64,000 bases of DNA from Acidimicrobiales bacterium (GCA_965263455.1 CBDHHN010000004.1:383174-447173); one strand, 5' to 3'. Counted from the first letter of the stretch, positions 24,285-33,755 are shown. The notes: generated by a model not told the origin, from the letters alone. Made by a program: numbers and translations.

Positions 24285-24671
24285 GGGGCTGATCGGTTTC
24301 GACGTCGAGACGATGAGTCGTGGGCGCGACCCGAGTTGCTCAGACTCGTAAAACGGGGCATTCACAGAAGCGGCGAAAAGACCGACTTCGCTCTCGCTGC
24401 CTGATCACTCGGGTAGTTAGAGGAACATCGCGAGCCGTGAGGCCACGCGGGGCCTGATCATTGCAGCCCGGCAACAGAAGCAGTGGTGGACGGCGGGAGA
24501 GACCGCTGACCGCAGGGAAAGACCGCTGACAGTCGGGAAAGACCGAACGGTTGGAACCTCGGTTCCCCGTGACCCGGCACGAGGGCAGCCGTACAAGCCC
24601 GCATCTCGGGAACGGTCGTAGCGAACGCGATGACTCCTCGACGGACGGGGGTTCGATTCCCCCCAGCTCCA
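24285..24671 (+). ncRNA. ssrA: tmRNA (SsrA)
   Basis: 5' end GGGGCTGATCGGTTTCGACG; 3' tRNA-like end GGACGGGGGTTCGATTCCCCCCAGCTCCA, with acceptor pairing GGGGCTG/CAGCTCC and CCA not encoded. Internal tag frame ...AGC GGC GAA AAG ACC GAC TTC GCT CTC GCT GCC TGA gives ...SGEKTDFALAA*, with the stop at 24402-24404. Located just after smpB. Confidence 0.88.
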
Positions 24672-24691
24672 CTCACTCCCCCACTGTCCCT

Positions 24692-24718
24692 CCGGGACCG
24701 GCGCCCGCCCGGTCCCGG
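24692..24718. terminator. 10-bp GC hairpin CCGGGACCGG-CGCCCGC-CCGGTCCCGG between the convergent ssrA 3' end and the stop of the solute-binding protein gene
   Basis: Read directly. No U tract on either side, so it would act as a hairpin-only or bidirectional stop, if it is functional. Confidence 0.35.
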
Positions 24719-24726
24719 GCGAGGGT

Positions 24727-26073
24727 TCAGCCCCCGACGGTGGCGGCCAACGACGGCTCGCCGTCGACGACCCGATGAATGTAGATCTCCTTGGTCGGCG
24801 TCCCCCGACCCATGTAGGAGAGCACGCCGGTGACCCCCTGCACCCCGTTGGCATCGGCGATGGCCGGTCCCAGCACGGCGGGGTCGGTGGAGCGGGTCCG
24901 CAGGTAGGCATCGGCGATCACGGCCATGGCGTCTCCGGCCAGCGCCACCATCGACGGCGCCTCCGACGGCACCCCCTCGGACGCGGCCAGGCTGGCGTTG
25001 AGGACCGAGATCCGGCTGCCGTCGGCGGGGAAGGCGTGGGTCACGTGGTAGATGCCCTCGGTCCCGGCCAGGCCGTAACCGCCGGTGGCCTCGAACGCGT
25101 CGCTCTGCAGGTACTCGACCTCGACCCCGGCCGCTTCGAGCTGTTGGCGCAGGGCAACCAACTGGAAGGCGAACATGGGGGTGTAGATCACGTCCGGTGG
25201 GTCGGCGGCGATGGCGGCCACGAACTCGCTGAAATCGTCGGTCTCGAACGGTACGAACGGGTAGTCGCCGATGACCTCGCCGCCGTTCTCGGCGAAGACG
25301 GAGCTGAAGACCAGGGTGTTGTACCCGAAGTACGGTCCCTCGGCCGAGAAGGTGACGGCCCGGGACCAACCGGAGCTGAGGGCGAACTGGGCCGCCACCG
25401 TCGCCCCCTGGGTGTCGTTGAAGGCCACCAGGTAGGACAGGGCCGTCTTGTCGCCCAAGGCCGGCTCGGTCGAGCCGGTGAAGATGACGGGGACTTCGCC
25501 CCGGGTGACCTGCAACACCCGGAAACCGGGATCGGGGAACGGCGGACCGAGTAGGACCGACACGTCCTGTTCGAGGAGGCCGTTCATGGCACTCCGGGTT
25601 TCGATCGGCTGGCCCGAGACGTCGGTGACCACCACCTCGACCGGGGTGCCGTCGAACCCGCCCGAGCAGTTGATGAGCTTGGCCAGGTGGGCCGCGGCCT
25701 GGCTCCCGGGGCCATCGGCCGGTCCCCCGATCGGGGACAGGTCGGCGGCATACCCGATCCGAAGGGGCTGACCCTCCACCGGGACGGGGCAGTTGGGGTC
25801 GGCCGCCAGCGCGGCGTCGATGTCCCAGCCGCCGGCGGCGACCGGAGCCTCGCCCTCGGTGTCGGTGTCGGTCTCGGTCTCGGTCTGCTGCCCGGCGTCG
25901 TCGGGTTGGGTCACACCCGTGAGCGTGGGCTGTGTCGTCTGGTCGTCGTCGCCCGATGAGCAGGCGGCGGCGACCAGACCGACGGCGGCGACCGCCGCCA
26001 CCAAGGCCCGGGCCGCGGGCCGACTCCCCGCCGCTGTGCTCCGCCCCCGGTCCGCCATGTCCTCCACCTGCAT
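24727..26073 (-). CDS. type I (Leu/Ile/Val-binding, LivK-like) periplasmic-binding-fold lipoprotein, orphan
   Basis: Signal peptide plus lipobox VGLVAAACSSG, an acidic linker, then PLRIGYAADLSPIGG, VLLGPPF, TALSYLVAFNDT and VIYTPMFAFQ, typical of ABC branched-chain amino-acid-type SBPs. No permease or ATPase gene adjoins it. Confidence 0.8.
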   Translation of the reverse strand: MQVEDMADRGRSTAAGSRPAARALVAAVAAVGLVAAACSSGDDDQTTQPTLTGVTQPDDAGQQTETETDTDTEGEAPVAAGGWDIDAALAADPNCPVPVEGQPLRIGYAADLSPIGGPADGPGSQAAAHLAKLINCSGGFDGTPVEVVVTDVSGQPIETRSAMNGLLEQDVSVLLGPPFPDPGFRVLQVTRGEVPVIFTGSTEPALGDKTALSYLVAFNDTQGATVAAQFALSSGWSRAVTFSAEGPYFGYNTLVFSSVFAENGGEVIGDYPFVPFETDDFSEFVAAIAADPPDVIYTPMFAFQLVALRQQLEAAGVEVEYLQSDAFEATGGYGLAGTEGIYHVTHAFPADGSRISVLNASLAASEGVPSEAPSMVALAGDAMAVIADAYLRTRSTDPAVLGPAIADANGVQGVTGVLSYMGRGTPTKEIYIHRVVDGEPSLAATVGG

Positions 26074-26924
26074 CAGCCGAACTCTCCAGGGGCCACGAGG
26101 AAATTCTTGAACTGCAGCTCGATACGCCGGTTGAACCGTCGACCCTCTTCGGTCTCGTTGGACGCCACGGGCGCATCCTCACCGGCGGCGGCCACCACCA
26201 ACTGGCCGGGCGAGGCGCCGGCACCGATGAGGTAGTCGACCACGGCGCCGGCCCGCGACGAGGCGACCTGGGCGTTCAAGTCGGGGTCGCCGGAGTCGTC
26301 GGTGTGGCCGATCACGACGACGAACAGGCTGGGGCGGCTCTGGAGCAGCCCGGCGACGAAGTCCAGGGTGGGAAGCGAGTCGGCCTCGATCTCGGAGCTT
26401 CCGAGACCGAAGTTGGCGGCCTGTTCGATCAACACCTGCCCGGACTGCACCTCTTCGGCCGCGTCCGGGTGCCAGGTGAGTTGGTTCTCCACCGCCGACG
26501 GCTCGACGCCGAGGTTGGAGGCCACGTAGTCCGTGACCAGGAGGGCCGTGGCCCAGTTGGGGGCCGAGCCGGTCACGACGGCGCTACCGGCAGGATCCAG
26601 GTCGATCCGCCGGGCCTCCGGTGGCCCATCGGGCACCGGCCCCCGGCCGCCGGGCCAGTCGTCGACCTCGGGCGACTCGACCGACTCCGGATCCGGGACC
26701 GTCATGGCCTCGGTGGTGCTGGTGGTGTCGGCCGTGGTCTCGGTCGGCACGGACGTGGTCGACGAGTCGGGCGTCACGGTCTCGGTCCCGTCGGCGGAGG
26801 AGCCGAAGGTGACCAGGTCGCGGCGTTCCAGGTTGGCGCCGAGGAGGCCCAGGTTCGTCAGGGCCAGGACGATCAGGGCCGGTAGGCGCCAGCGTCCACG
26901 ACCCGCAGGAGCTGGGCCCGTCAT
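26073..26924 (-). CDS. OmpA/MotB C-terminal-domain (peptidoglycan-binding) protein with an N-terminal TM anchor
   Basis: N-terminal helix LPALIVLALTNLGLLGANL. C-terminal FVVVIGHTDDSGDPDLNAQVASSRAGAVVDYLIGAGASPGQLVVAAAGEDAPVASNETEEGRRFNRRIELQF is the OmpA_C signature. The stop overlaps the start of the next gene (TGATG). Confidence 0.8.
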   Translation of the reverse strand: MTGPAPAGRGRWRLPALIVLALTNLGLLGANLERRDLVTFGSSADGTETVTPDSSTTSVPTETTADTTSTTEAMTVPDPESVESPEVDDWPGGRGPVPDGPPEARRIDLDPAGSAVVTGSAPNWATALLVTDYVASNLGVEPSAVENQLTWHPDAAEEVQSGQVLIEQAANFGLGSSEIEADSLPTLDFVAGLLQSRPSLFVVVIGHTDDSGDPDLNAQVASSRAGAVVDYLIGAGASPGQLVVAAAGEDAPVASNETEEGRRFNRRIELQFKNFLVAPGEFG

Positions 26925-28102
26925 GCGATCACCAGGAGAAGGACGAGGACGACGGCGAGCACGGCCAGGGCTCCGAGGGCCACGTCCATTCCGTCGAGCG
27001 TCCGTTGTTGCTGGGACTCGTCGAAGGCGAAGTCCTCGATGTTGCGGAAGTCGTTGCCGCCGGTGTCGGCGGGGCGATCGAACGAGTCGTGCCCGGTGTG
27101 GGTCGGGCGGTCGAACGAGCCGCGCGGGTCGGGCCCGGTGTGGATCGGGCCCTGGTTCGGGATTCGCTGCAACTGGTGGGTGTTGGCCACCGGGCCGGGG
27201 CGCGACCAGTCGGGTTCGGCAGGCGCTCGGAGCGATGCGTGGTCGTGGTGGCCCGCCGACTCACGGGAGAAGCTGGTGGCAGCCGACGGCGTGGCCCAAC
27301 GGCCGGACGCCGTGGTCACCGGCGCCGCTCCGTGGAGGGTGTGGCCCGCCAACAGGTTGGTGGGGGACGCCGACAGCACACCGAGGGCGACGCCGGTGGC
27401 CGGAGCGAGGGCGGCCGGGGTCACACCCCGGTTGCGACACAGCGACTCGTCGACGATCACCCCGTCGAGATAGGCGGGTGAGGTCGGGCCCGTGCCGGGG
27501 CCGGCGACCAGGAGTTCGTGGTCGAACGGGGCGTCGGCGGCCTCGAACGCCTCGAGCACCTGGTCGTCGAGCACCCGGGCCGTCCAGGCGATGCCCGACC
27601 CGAGGGAGATGGCGCCGTTGGCCACCCGGCCCAGGATCCGGGCCGCCGCCACCGGGGCCAGTTCGACCCGGTCGAGCATGAGTCCGGAATCCTCGAAGAC
27701 GCGGTGCACCAGCTCGACACAGCGGGCCGGGGCGTAGGACACCCCCGTGTCCCCCACCAGGACGAAACGCTCATCCAGCTCCATGCTGAGCGACTCGAGC
27801 CAACCCCGCAGCGCCGGCCCGCTGCCGACACCGCAGTTCGGGAAGCCGATGGTGGCGGCGGCCACGTGCCCGCTCGGATCGGTGATGCCGACCCGATCGA
27901 GGGCGGCGACGAGGGCGGCCCTGGTCGCCGCCTCGGAGTCCATCGGGTTGCGAGGGCCGCCGGCCCTGGCGATCGGTCGTTCGCTCACGTCGACGACCTC
28001 GCGCCCGGAGGGGTCCAGCATCACCAGCCGGACCTTGCTGCGGCCGATCTCCACGCCCAACGGACCGGCCCCCGAGCGTTGCGTGAAACCTGGGTTCGTC
28101 AT
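26921..28102 (-). CDS. PilM/FtsA-like (actin-fold-like) N-terminal domain protein with a disordered repeat region and a C-terminal TM tail anchor
   Basis: LGVEIGRSKVRLVMLDPSG and LDRVELAPVAAARILG resemble PilM-type motifs (judged by eye only). The C-terminal part has repeated FDRP..TG units, then DVALGALAVLAVVLVLLLVIA*. The stop overlaps the OmpA-like start (ATGA). Confidence 0.5.
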   Translation of the reverse strand: MTNPGFTQRSGAGPLGVEIGRSKVRLVMLDPSGREVVDVSERPIARAGGPRNPMDSEAATRAALVAALDRVGITDPSGHVAAATIGFPNCGVGSGPALRGWLESLSMELDERFVLVGDTGVSYAPARCVELVHRVFEDSGLMLDRVELAPVAAARILGRVANGAISLGSGIAWTARVLDDQVLEAFEAADAPFDHELLVAGPGTGPTSPAYLDGVIVDESLCRNRGVTPAALAPATGVALGVLSASPTNLLAGHTLHGAAPVTTASGRWATPSAATSFSRESAGHHDHASLRAPAEPDWSRPGPVANTHQLQRIPNQGPIHTGPDPRGSFDRPTHTGHDSFDRPADTGGNDFRNIEDFAFDESQQQRTLDGMDVALGALAVLAVVLVLLLVIA

Positions 28103-28340
28103 CTTGCCGGCCCGTCGTCAGTTCGGAGGATCACAAGACGGGGACCACCACGGGCCGTAGTGAGTAGCACGGCTTATGGACAGGGTCTCCGCCAGACGTC
28201 TGTCTCGGTCGGAACCATAGCCCGAATCTCCAACCATGTTGAAGAACGCCGTGAAATCTTGGACCGGATGCCGATATACCGCCTGGCTCAGCGACATTCG
28301 GGCTCTCGCCGGTCCCGGCTCACGACATCGGGACCGCGGC

Positions 28341-29198
28341 TCAGGAGAACTCGGGATCCTCCCAGAACGGGAAGGCGTCGGGGGTGTCGACGGAGGGTCG
28401 CAGGGTCCAGTTCGGCTCCCGCTTCTCCAGGAAACTCGACACCCCTTCCCGGGCGTCGGCCAGGGCCCCCAGACCCTGGATGGCCCGGGAGTCGGCCCGA
28501 TGGCTCAACATGGGGTGCTCGAAGGTCAGGCCTCGCCACAGGAGTTGCCGGGTCAGCGCCACCGAGACCGGCGCCGCGTTGACGGCGATGTCGAGAGCGA
28601 TCTCGCGGGCCCGTGGGAGCAGTTGGTCGTCGTCGACCAATTCGACGAGACCGCCGTCGGCGGCCTCGCTGGCCGGGAAGACACGACCGGAGTAACACCA
28701 CTGGGCGGCCTGCGAGATCCCGACGACCCGGGGCAGGAACCATGACGAGCAGGCCTCGGGCACGATGCCCCGGCGGGCGAACACGAACCCGACCTTGGCC
28801 GACCGGGCGGCGAGGCGGACGTCCATGGGCAGGGTCATGGTGATGCCGACCCCGACGGCGGCGCCGTTGATGGCGGCGATGATGGGCTTGGTCAGCTCGA
28901 AGATGCGGAGGCTGACGGTGCCGCCACCGTCCCGGTTGGCCTGCTCCGGGTCACGACCCCGGGCCGCGGCGTCGAAGGTCTCGCCGCCGCGCTCCAGGTC
29001 GGCGCCGGCACAGAACCCGCGACCGGCGCCGGTCATGATCACCACCCGGACCGCGTCGTCGGCGTCGATCTGGTCGAACAGGTCCAACAACTCCCGACGC
29101 ATCAGGTCGTTGAAGGCGTTGAGTCGGTCGGGCCGGTTCAGGGTGATGGTGGCGATGCCGTGATCGTCCACCTCGTAGAGGAGGGTCTCGAAGCTCAT
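28341..29198 (-). CDS. enoyl-CoA hydratase/isomerase (crotonase) family protein
   Basis: Shows IATITLNRPDRLNAF, VVIMTGAGRGFCAGADL, KPIIAAINGAAVGVG and a C-terminal FLEKREP. Confidence 0.9.
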   Translation of the reverse strand: MSFETLLYEVDDHGIATITLNRPDRLNAFNDLMRRELLDLFDQIDADDAVRVVIMTGAGRGFCAGADLERGGETFDAAARGRDPEQANRDGGGTVSLRIFELTKPIIAAINGAAVGVGITMTLPMDVRLAARSAKVGFVFARRGIVPEACSSWFLPRVVGISQAAQWCYSGRVFPASEAADGGLVELVDDDQLLPRAREIALDIAVNAAPVSVALTRQLLWRGLTFEHPMLSHRADSRAIQGLGALADAREGVSSFLEKREPNWTLRPSVDTPDAFPFWEDPEFS

Positions 29199-29286
29199 CG
29201 GAGGTCACAGTCACAGATCCAGACCCGGGTGACAAGTCCGGGGCCCGGTCCGGCCGCCGGCAGGGGCCACGCCGGCCCGGCGGTGG

Positions 29287-30795
29287 TCAGACCATCAGCT
29301 CGCTCAGTCCGTCGAGACGGTCCCCGGCCGACGCCCGCCATTCGGGCCGGTAGGAGAAATGGTCGTAGAGCGGCTGGAGTTGCGAGCCCTCGACCAGCAA
29401 CTCGATCAGATCACCCCCGACCTGGGCCGGGTGGGCATGGCCGCAGGCGTGGGCCAACTGCAGCATGCCCTTGCGCAGGCCGATCAGGTAGTTCGCGGCC
29501 CGCGCCGACTTGTCGGTCGGATCGAGGCCCCGCATCAGCCACTTGCTCTGGGTGGCCACGCCGGTGGGACAGTGGCCGGTGTGGCACTCCTGGGCCTGGA
29601 TGCAACCGATCGACAGCATCGGCTCCCGGGCCACGTTGATCATGTCGACGCCGAGGGCCATGGCCAACAGGGCCTCCCCCGGGAACCCGAGCTTGCCGGC
29701 GCCGCCCCACACCACCTTCTCGTGCATGCCCTGCTGGGCGAAGATCCGGTAGACCTCGGCGAAGGCCAGGCGGAAGGGAAGGGCCACGTTGTCGGCGAAG
29801 ACGAGGGGGGCGGCACCGGTGCCGCCCTCGCCCCCGTCGATCGAGATGAAGTCCGGACCCCGCCCGGTACGGGCCATGGTCTCGGCCAGCTCGTGCCAGA
29901 ACGCCTGCTGGCCCACGGCCGACTTGATCCCCACCGGAAGGCCGGTGGCGTCGGCGATCCGCTCCACGAAGTCGATGAGACCGGGTACCGAGTTGAACTC
30001 GACGTGGCTGGCCGGACTGGCCACCGTGACCCCGACCTCGACCCCCCGGGCGGCGGCGATCTCCGGGGTGACCTTGGCCCCGGGGAGCAGTCCGCCCAGT
30101 CCCGGCTTGGCCCCCTGGCTGAGCTTGACCTCGACCGCCTTGACCGGGTCGGTACCGACGAGGTCGACCAGCTTGGCCAGGTCGAAGCGACCCTCGGGGG
30201 TCCTGGCCCCGAAGTACCCGGTGCCGAGTTGGAGCAGCAGATCGCCGCCGTGGCGGTGGTGGTCGCTCACCCCGCCCTCTCCGGTGTTGTGGAGGCAACC
30301 GGCCACCGCCGCCCCCCGGTTGAGGGACTCGACGGCGGCGGCCGAGAGCGAGCCGAAGCTCATGGCCGAGATGTTGACCACCGATCGAGGCCGAAAGGCC
30401 AGCGGACGGTCACGCCATTCGCCCAGGACCTTGGCCACCGGGACCGGGTACGTGTCGTCGTGCTGGGTCGGGTTGTGGGGGAAGGGGGCGTGCCGGATGA
30501 GTAGGTACTCGGGCACGTCCTCCATCTTGTTGTCGGTCCCGAACCCGAAATACTGGTTGTCCTGCTTGGCCGTGGCGTAGACCCACCGGCGTTGATCGCG
30601 GCTGAAGGGCCGCTCCTCGTCGTTGTCGGTGACGATGTACTGGCGGAGCTCGGGCCCTAACCGTTCCAGCAGGTACCGGAGTCGGCCGAGGAGTGGGTAG
30701 TTGCGCCGGATGGCGTGCTTGGTCTGGAAGATGTCGATGACGGCCAGGACGATCAGGGTCGCCACGATGGCCGCCACGATCAGGAGAAGAACCAT
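29287..30795 (-). CDS. FMN-binding glutamate synthase family protein (GltB domain-2-like), N-terminal TM helix
   Basis: Shows IRRNYPLLGRLRYLLE, ISAMSFGSLS, KLSQGAKPGLGGLLPG, IDGGEGGTGAAP and GCIQAQECHTGHCPTGVATQ. Confidence 0.88.
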   Translation of the reverse strand: MVLLLIVAAIVATLIVLAVIDIFQTKHAIRRNYPLLGRLRYLLERLGPELRQYIVTDNDEERPFSRDQRRWVYATAKQDNQYFGFGTDNKMEDVPEYLLIRHAPFPHNPTQHDDTYPVPVAKVLGEWRDRPLAFRPRSVVNISAMSFGSLSAAAVESLNRGAAVAGCLHNTGEGGVSDHHRHGGDLLLQLGTGYFGARTPEGRFDLAKLVDLVGTDPVKAVEVKLSQGAKPGLGGLLPGAKVTPEIAAARGVEVGVTVASPASHVEFNSVPGLIDFVERIADATGLPVGIKSAVGQQAFWHELAETMARTGRGPDFISIDGGEGGTGAAPLVFADNVALPFRLAFAEVYRIFAQQGMHEKVVWGGAGKLGFPGEALLAMALGVDMINVAREPMLSIGCIQAQECHTGHCPTGVATQSKWLMRGLDPTDKSARAANYLIGLRKGMLQLAHACGHAHPAQVGGDLIELLVEGSQLQPLYDHFSYRPEWRASAGDRLDGLSELMV

Positions 30796-30858
30796 GGCCG
30801 GCAGGCTAGTCGTCGGAACCGGCGCGCTCGGGGTCCCGCGGCGGTGTTGGGCGGGGGG

Positions 30859-31755
30859 TCAGGCGTCGAGGTATCGGGTGACGGCGACACCGGCGCCGAA
30901 GGCTCCGAGCGCGGCCCCGGCGATGAGCAGAATGATGGCGACCGAGGCCACCTCGCCCCCGGTCAGGGCGAAGCTCTCGAACAGGCGAAGGTTCTCATCC
31001 CCCGTGACCGAGGTCTCGATCAGCTTGTTCAATCCGAACACACCGACGGTGGCGAAGACGGCGCCGATGAGCCCCTGGAGCAGGCCCTCCATCATGAACG
31101 GCACCCGGATGAACCAGTTGGTGGCGCCGACCAGGCGCATCACCTCGATCTCTCTTCGACGGGCGAAGAGACCGGTCCGGATGGTGTTGTACATCAGGAG
31201 GGCCGAGGCCAGGGCGGCCAGCAGGGCGGCGGCGAACATCACCCGGGAGGCGGTGTTGGTGATGTCGTTGAGCTGGCGGATGTACTCCTCGGCGTAGTCG
31301 ACGCCGCTGACCCCGGGCAGCGTCTCGATCTCAGCCCCCAGCGATCGGATCAGGGCCAGGTCGGCGATGGCGGGTACCACCCGGAACGAGGTCGGCAGCT
31401 GCTCGGGCTCCACCAGGTCGAGCACCTCGGGTTGCTCCGAGTAGTACTGCTGGAACTCGACGAAGGTGTTCTCCTGGTTCACGTAGGTGGCCTGGCGAAC
31501 CGTGGGCGACGTGTCGAGGAAGTTGCGGACCGACTCGACGTTCTCGGGAACGGCGTCGGGGCTCATCCAGACGATGAACTCCACGTCGTTCTTGAACCGG
31601 GTGTTGAACCCCTCGACCCCCCGCTGCACGAGCAGAGCGGCCCCCAGCAACGAGAGTGAGATGGCGACGGTGAGGACCGTGGCCACGGTCAGGCTCGGGT
31701 TGCGGACCAGGTTGTTGGCCGTCTCCTTGGCCAGGTAGTCGACGCGGACTGCCAT
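30859..31755 (-). CDS. ftsX: cell-division ABC transporter permease FtsX
   Basis: ORF 30859..32526 trimmed to MAVRVDYLAKETANNLVRNPSLTVATVLTVAISL. The C-terminal region has REIEVMRLVGATNWFIRVPFMMEGLLQG. Confidence 0.88.
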   Translation of the reverse strand: MAVRVDYLAKETANNLVRNPSLTVATVLTVAISLSLLGAALLVQRGVEGFNTRFKNDVEFIVWMSPDAVPENVESVRNFLDTSPTVRQATYVNQENTFVEFQQYYSEQPEVLDLVEPEQLPTSFRVVPAIADLALIRSLGAEIETLPGVSGVDYAEEYIRQLNDITNTASRVMFAAALLAALASALLMYNTIRTGLFARRREIEVMRLVGATNWFIRVPFMMEGLLQGLIGAVFATVGVFGLNKLIETSVTGDENLRLFESFALTGGEVASVAIILLIAGAALGAFGAGVAVTRYLDA

Positions 31756-31769
31756 GTCCCAGGCCCTCC

Positions 31770-32450
31770 CTACTCGTAGACGCCGCGGGCTTCGTCCCGG
31801 ACGATCTCGCCGTGGGACAACTCGACCACCCGGCGGCGCATGGTGTCGACGATGCCGCGGTCGTGGCTGGCCATGACGACGGTCGTCCCGGTCTTGTTGA
31901 TGCGGTCGAGGAGCCGCATGATCCCGATCGAGGTCTGGGGGTCGAGGTTGCCGGTGGGCTCGTCGGCCAGAAGGATCAGGGGCCGGTTGACGAAGGCCCG
32001 GGCGATCGACACCCGCTGCTGCTCGCCGCCCGACAACTGGTTGGGGTACTTGGCCATCTTGTCGCCGAGTCCGACCAGCTCGCAGATGGCGGGAACCTGG
32101 GTCCGGATGACCCCACGGGGTCGGCCGATCACCTCGAGGGCGAAGGCCACGTTCTCGGCAACCGTCTTGGACGGGAGCAGCTTGAAGTCCTGGAAGATGG
32201 CGCCGATGTTGCGGCGCAGCATCGGGACCTTCCAGCTCGACATCTGACCGATGTCCTTGCCGGCGACGAAAATGCGGCCGGCATCGGGCTCCTCCTGCTT
32301 GTTGAGCAGGCGCAGGAACGTCGACTTGCCCGAGCCCGAAGGCCCGACCAGGAAGACGAACTCCCCCTTGCCGATGTCGATGTCGGCGTCGATCAAGGCT
32401 GCATCCGAATGCCCCGGATACACCTTCGTCACGTTCTCCAGCTTGATCAT
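31770..32450 (-). CDS. ftsE: cell-division ATP-binding protein FtsE
   Basis: Trimmed to [11 protein letters not shown] (GAGG RBS upstream). Walker [10 protein letters not shown], signature [14 protein letters not shown], Walker [14 protein letters not shown]. Confidence 0.92.
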   Translation of the reverse strand: MIKLENVTKVYPGHSDAALIDADIDIGKGEFVFLVGPSGSGKSTFLRLLNKQEEPDAGRIFVAGKDIGQMSSWKVPMLRRNIGAIFQDFKLLPSKTVAENVAFALEVIGRPRGVIRTQVPAICELVGLGDKMAKYPNQLSGGEQQRVSIARAFVNRPLILLADEPTGNLDPQTSIGIMRLLDRINKTGTTVVMASHDRGIVDTMRRRVVELSHGEIVRDEARGVYE

Positions 32451-32642
32451 TGCGACCTCGTCCGTCGGCTCCGCCGTGCGTTCCGGGCCGTGCGAATCGG
32501 CCTCGGCCATCGTAGTTGCCCCCCATGGGGGCACCGGGTCACCCTCGTCCGAGGGCCGCTGACGGCCTGGGTCAGCCTACCCAGTGGCAGGGGAAGGTTG
32601 TCGGTTCTTGGATCCGAGGCCGGGTCGCCGGGACCGACCGGA

Positions 32643-33755
32643 TCAGGCGCCGACGGCCGAGGCCCGACGCCAGCGAAGCCACGCCTCCATGAAGGGGCCG
32701 ACGTCGCCGTTGAGCACGCCCTCGGGATTGCCCGACACCTCGCCGCTGCGCTCGTCCTTCACCTGCTGATAGGGCTGGAGCACATAGGAGCGGATCTGGC
32801 TGCCCCACTCGACCTTCTTGGTCTCGCCGGCCTCGCCGGCCAGCAGCTCCTCGCGCTTCTGACGCTCCAACTCCACGAGCTTCATGGCCAACATGGCCAT
32901 GGCCCGCTCCTTGTTCTGGTGCTGGCTGCGCTCGTTCTGGCACGACACCACCAACCCGGTGGGCAGGTGGGTGATGCGCACGGCCGAGTCGGTGGTGTTG
33001 ACGTGCTGGCCGCCGGCGCCCGACGAACGGTAGACGTCGACCCGCAGGTCCTTGTCGTCGATGTCGACCTGGTCGGTGGCGTCCTCGATGTAGGGGACGA
33101 CCCCGAACGAGGCGAAGGCGGTGTGGCGACGAGCCTGGGAATCGAAGGGCGAGATACGGACGAGCCGATGCACCCCACGTTCGGCCTGGAGCCAGCCGTA
33201 GGCGTACCGACCGCGGATGATGAACTCGGTCGTGGTGATGCCGGCCTCCTGGCCCTGCTGGACATCGGTGACCTCGATGTCGAAGTCCCGACTCTGAGCC
33301 CACTTCCGGTACATGAAGAACAGCATCTCGGCCCAGTCCTGGGAGTCGGTGCCACCGGCCCCGGAGTGGATCTCGCACACGGCGTCGCCCTCGTCGTACT
33401 GGCCGGTGAACAAGGCCCGTAGTTCGAGTTCGGCGAACTGCTCCCGCAGGCTCCCGATCAACTCGACGGCCTCGACCTCGAGCGACTCATCGCCCTCGTC
33501 GCGGCCCAGCTCCCACAGGGTCTCGACGTCGTCGATGCCGGTTTCGAGGCGCTCGAACAAGTGGATGTCGTCGCGGACCGCCGTGAACTCGGTCTGCACC
33601 GCCCGGGCCCGTTCGGCGTCGTCCCACAGATCGGGACGGCCCATCTCGGTCTCGAGCTGGGGCAGCCGGCTCCGGATGTGGTCGATCCGGAGGTACTCGC
33701 TCGCTTCGTCCAACTCGACCCGGAGGGCCTTGATGTCTTCGGTGAGATCAGCCAT
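32643..33755 (-). CDS. prfB: peptide chain release factor 2 (single uninterrupted ORF)
   Basis: Shows RISPFDS (SPF), [25 protein letters not shown] (GGQ) and an N-terminal DLWDD region. No internal in-frame stop or frameshift site is needed. Confidence 0.93.
   Translation of the reverse strand: MADLTEDIKALRVELDEASEYLRIDHIRSRLPQLETEMGRPDLWDDAERARAVQTEFTAVRDDIHLFERLETGIDDVETLWELGRDEGDESLEVEAVELIGSLREQFAELELRALFTGQYDEGDAVCEIHSGAGGTDSQDWAEMLFFMYRKWAQSRDFDIEVTDVQQGQEAGITTTEFIIRGRYAYGWLQAERGVHRLVRISPFDSQARRHTAFASFGVVPYIEDATDQVDIDDKDLRVDVYRSSGAGGQHVNTTDSAVRITHLPTGLVVSCQNERSQHQNKERAMAMLAMKLVELERQKREELLAGEAGETKKVEWGSQIRSYVLQPYQQVKDERSGEVSGNPEGVLNGDVGPFMEAWLRWRRASAVGA

Noticed and set aside
24340-24911. 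ORFs 24340..24672(-), 24417..24911(-) and 24551..24778(+) around 24.3-24.9 kb.
   Set aside because: They overlap the tmRNA gene, whose canonical 5' and 3' tRNA-like ends and tag frame are present. None has protein-like features.
26533-27681. 382-aa Arg-rich + strand ORF opposite the PilM-like and OmpA-like genes.
   Set aside because: It has the same antisense R/G/P artefact pattern, and the minus-strand genes carry an OmpA_C signature and ordered overlaps.
32451-32534. Longer FtsE N-terminus ([28 protein letters not shown]...).
   Set aside because: FtsE proteins start at the MI.L..V.K.Y motif, and a GAGG RBS precedes the ATG at 32450. The extension has no conserved character. The CCCCCATGGGGG palindrome at 32521-32532 lies in this stretch and looks like part of the prfB-ftsE spacer.
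32643-33755. Looked for the programmed +1 frameshift site typical of prfB.
   Set aside because: The RF2 ORF is continuous from [11 protein letters not shown] to the C-terminus, with SPF and GGQ in one frame and no early in-frame TGA. The gene is of the non-frameshifting type.
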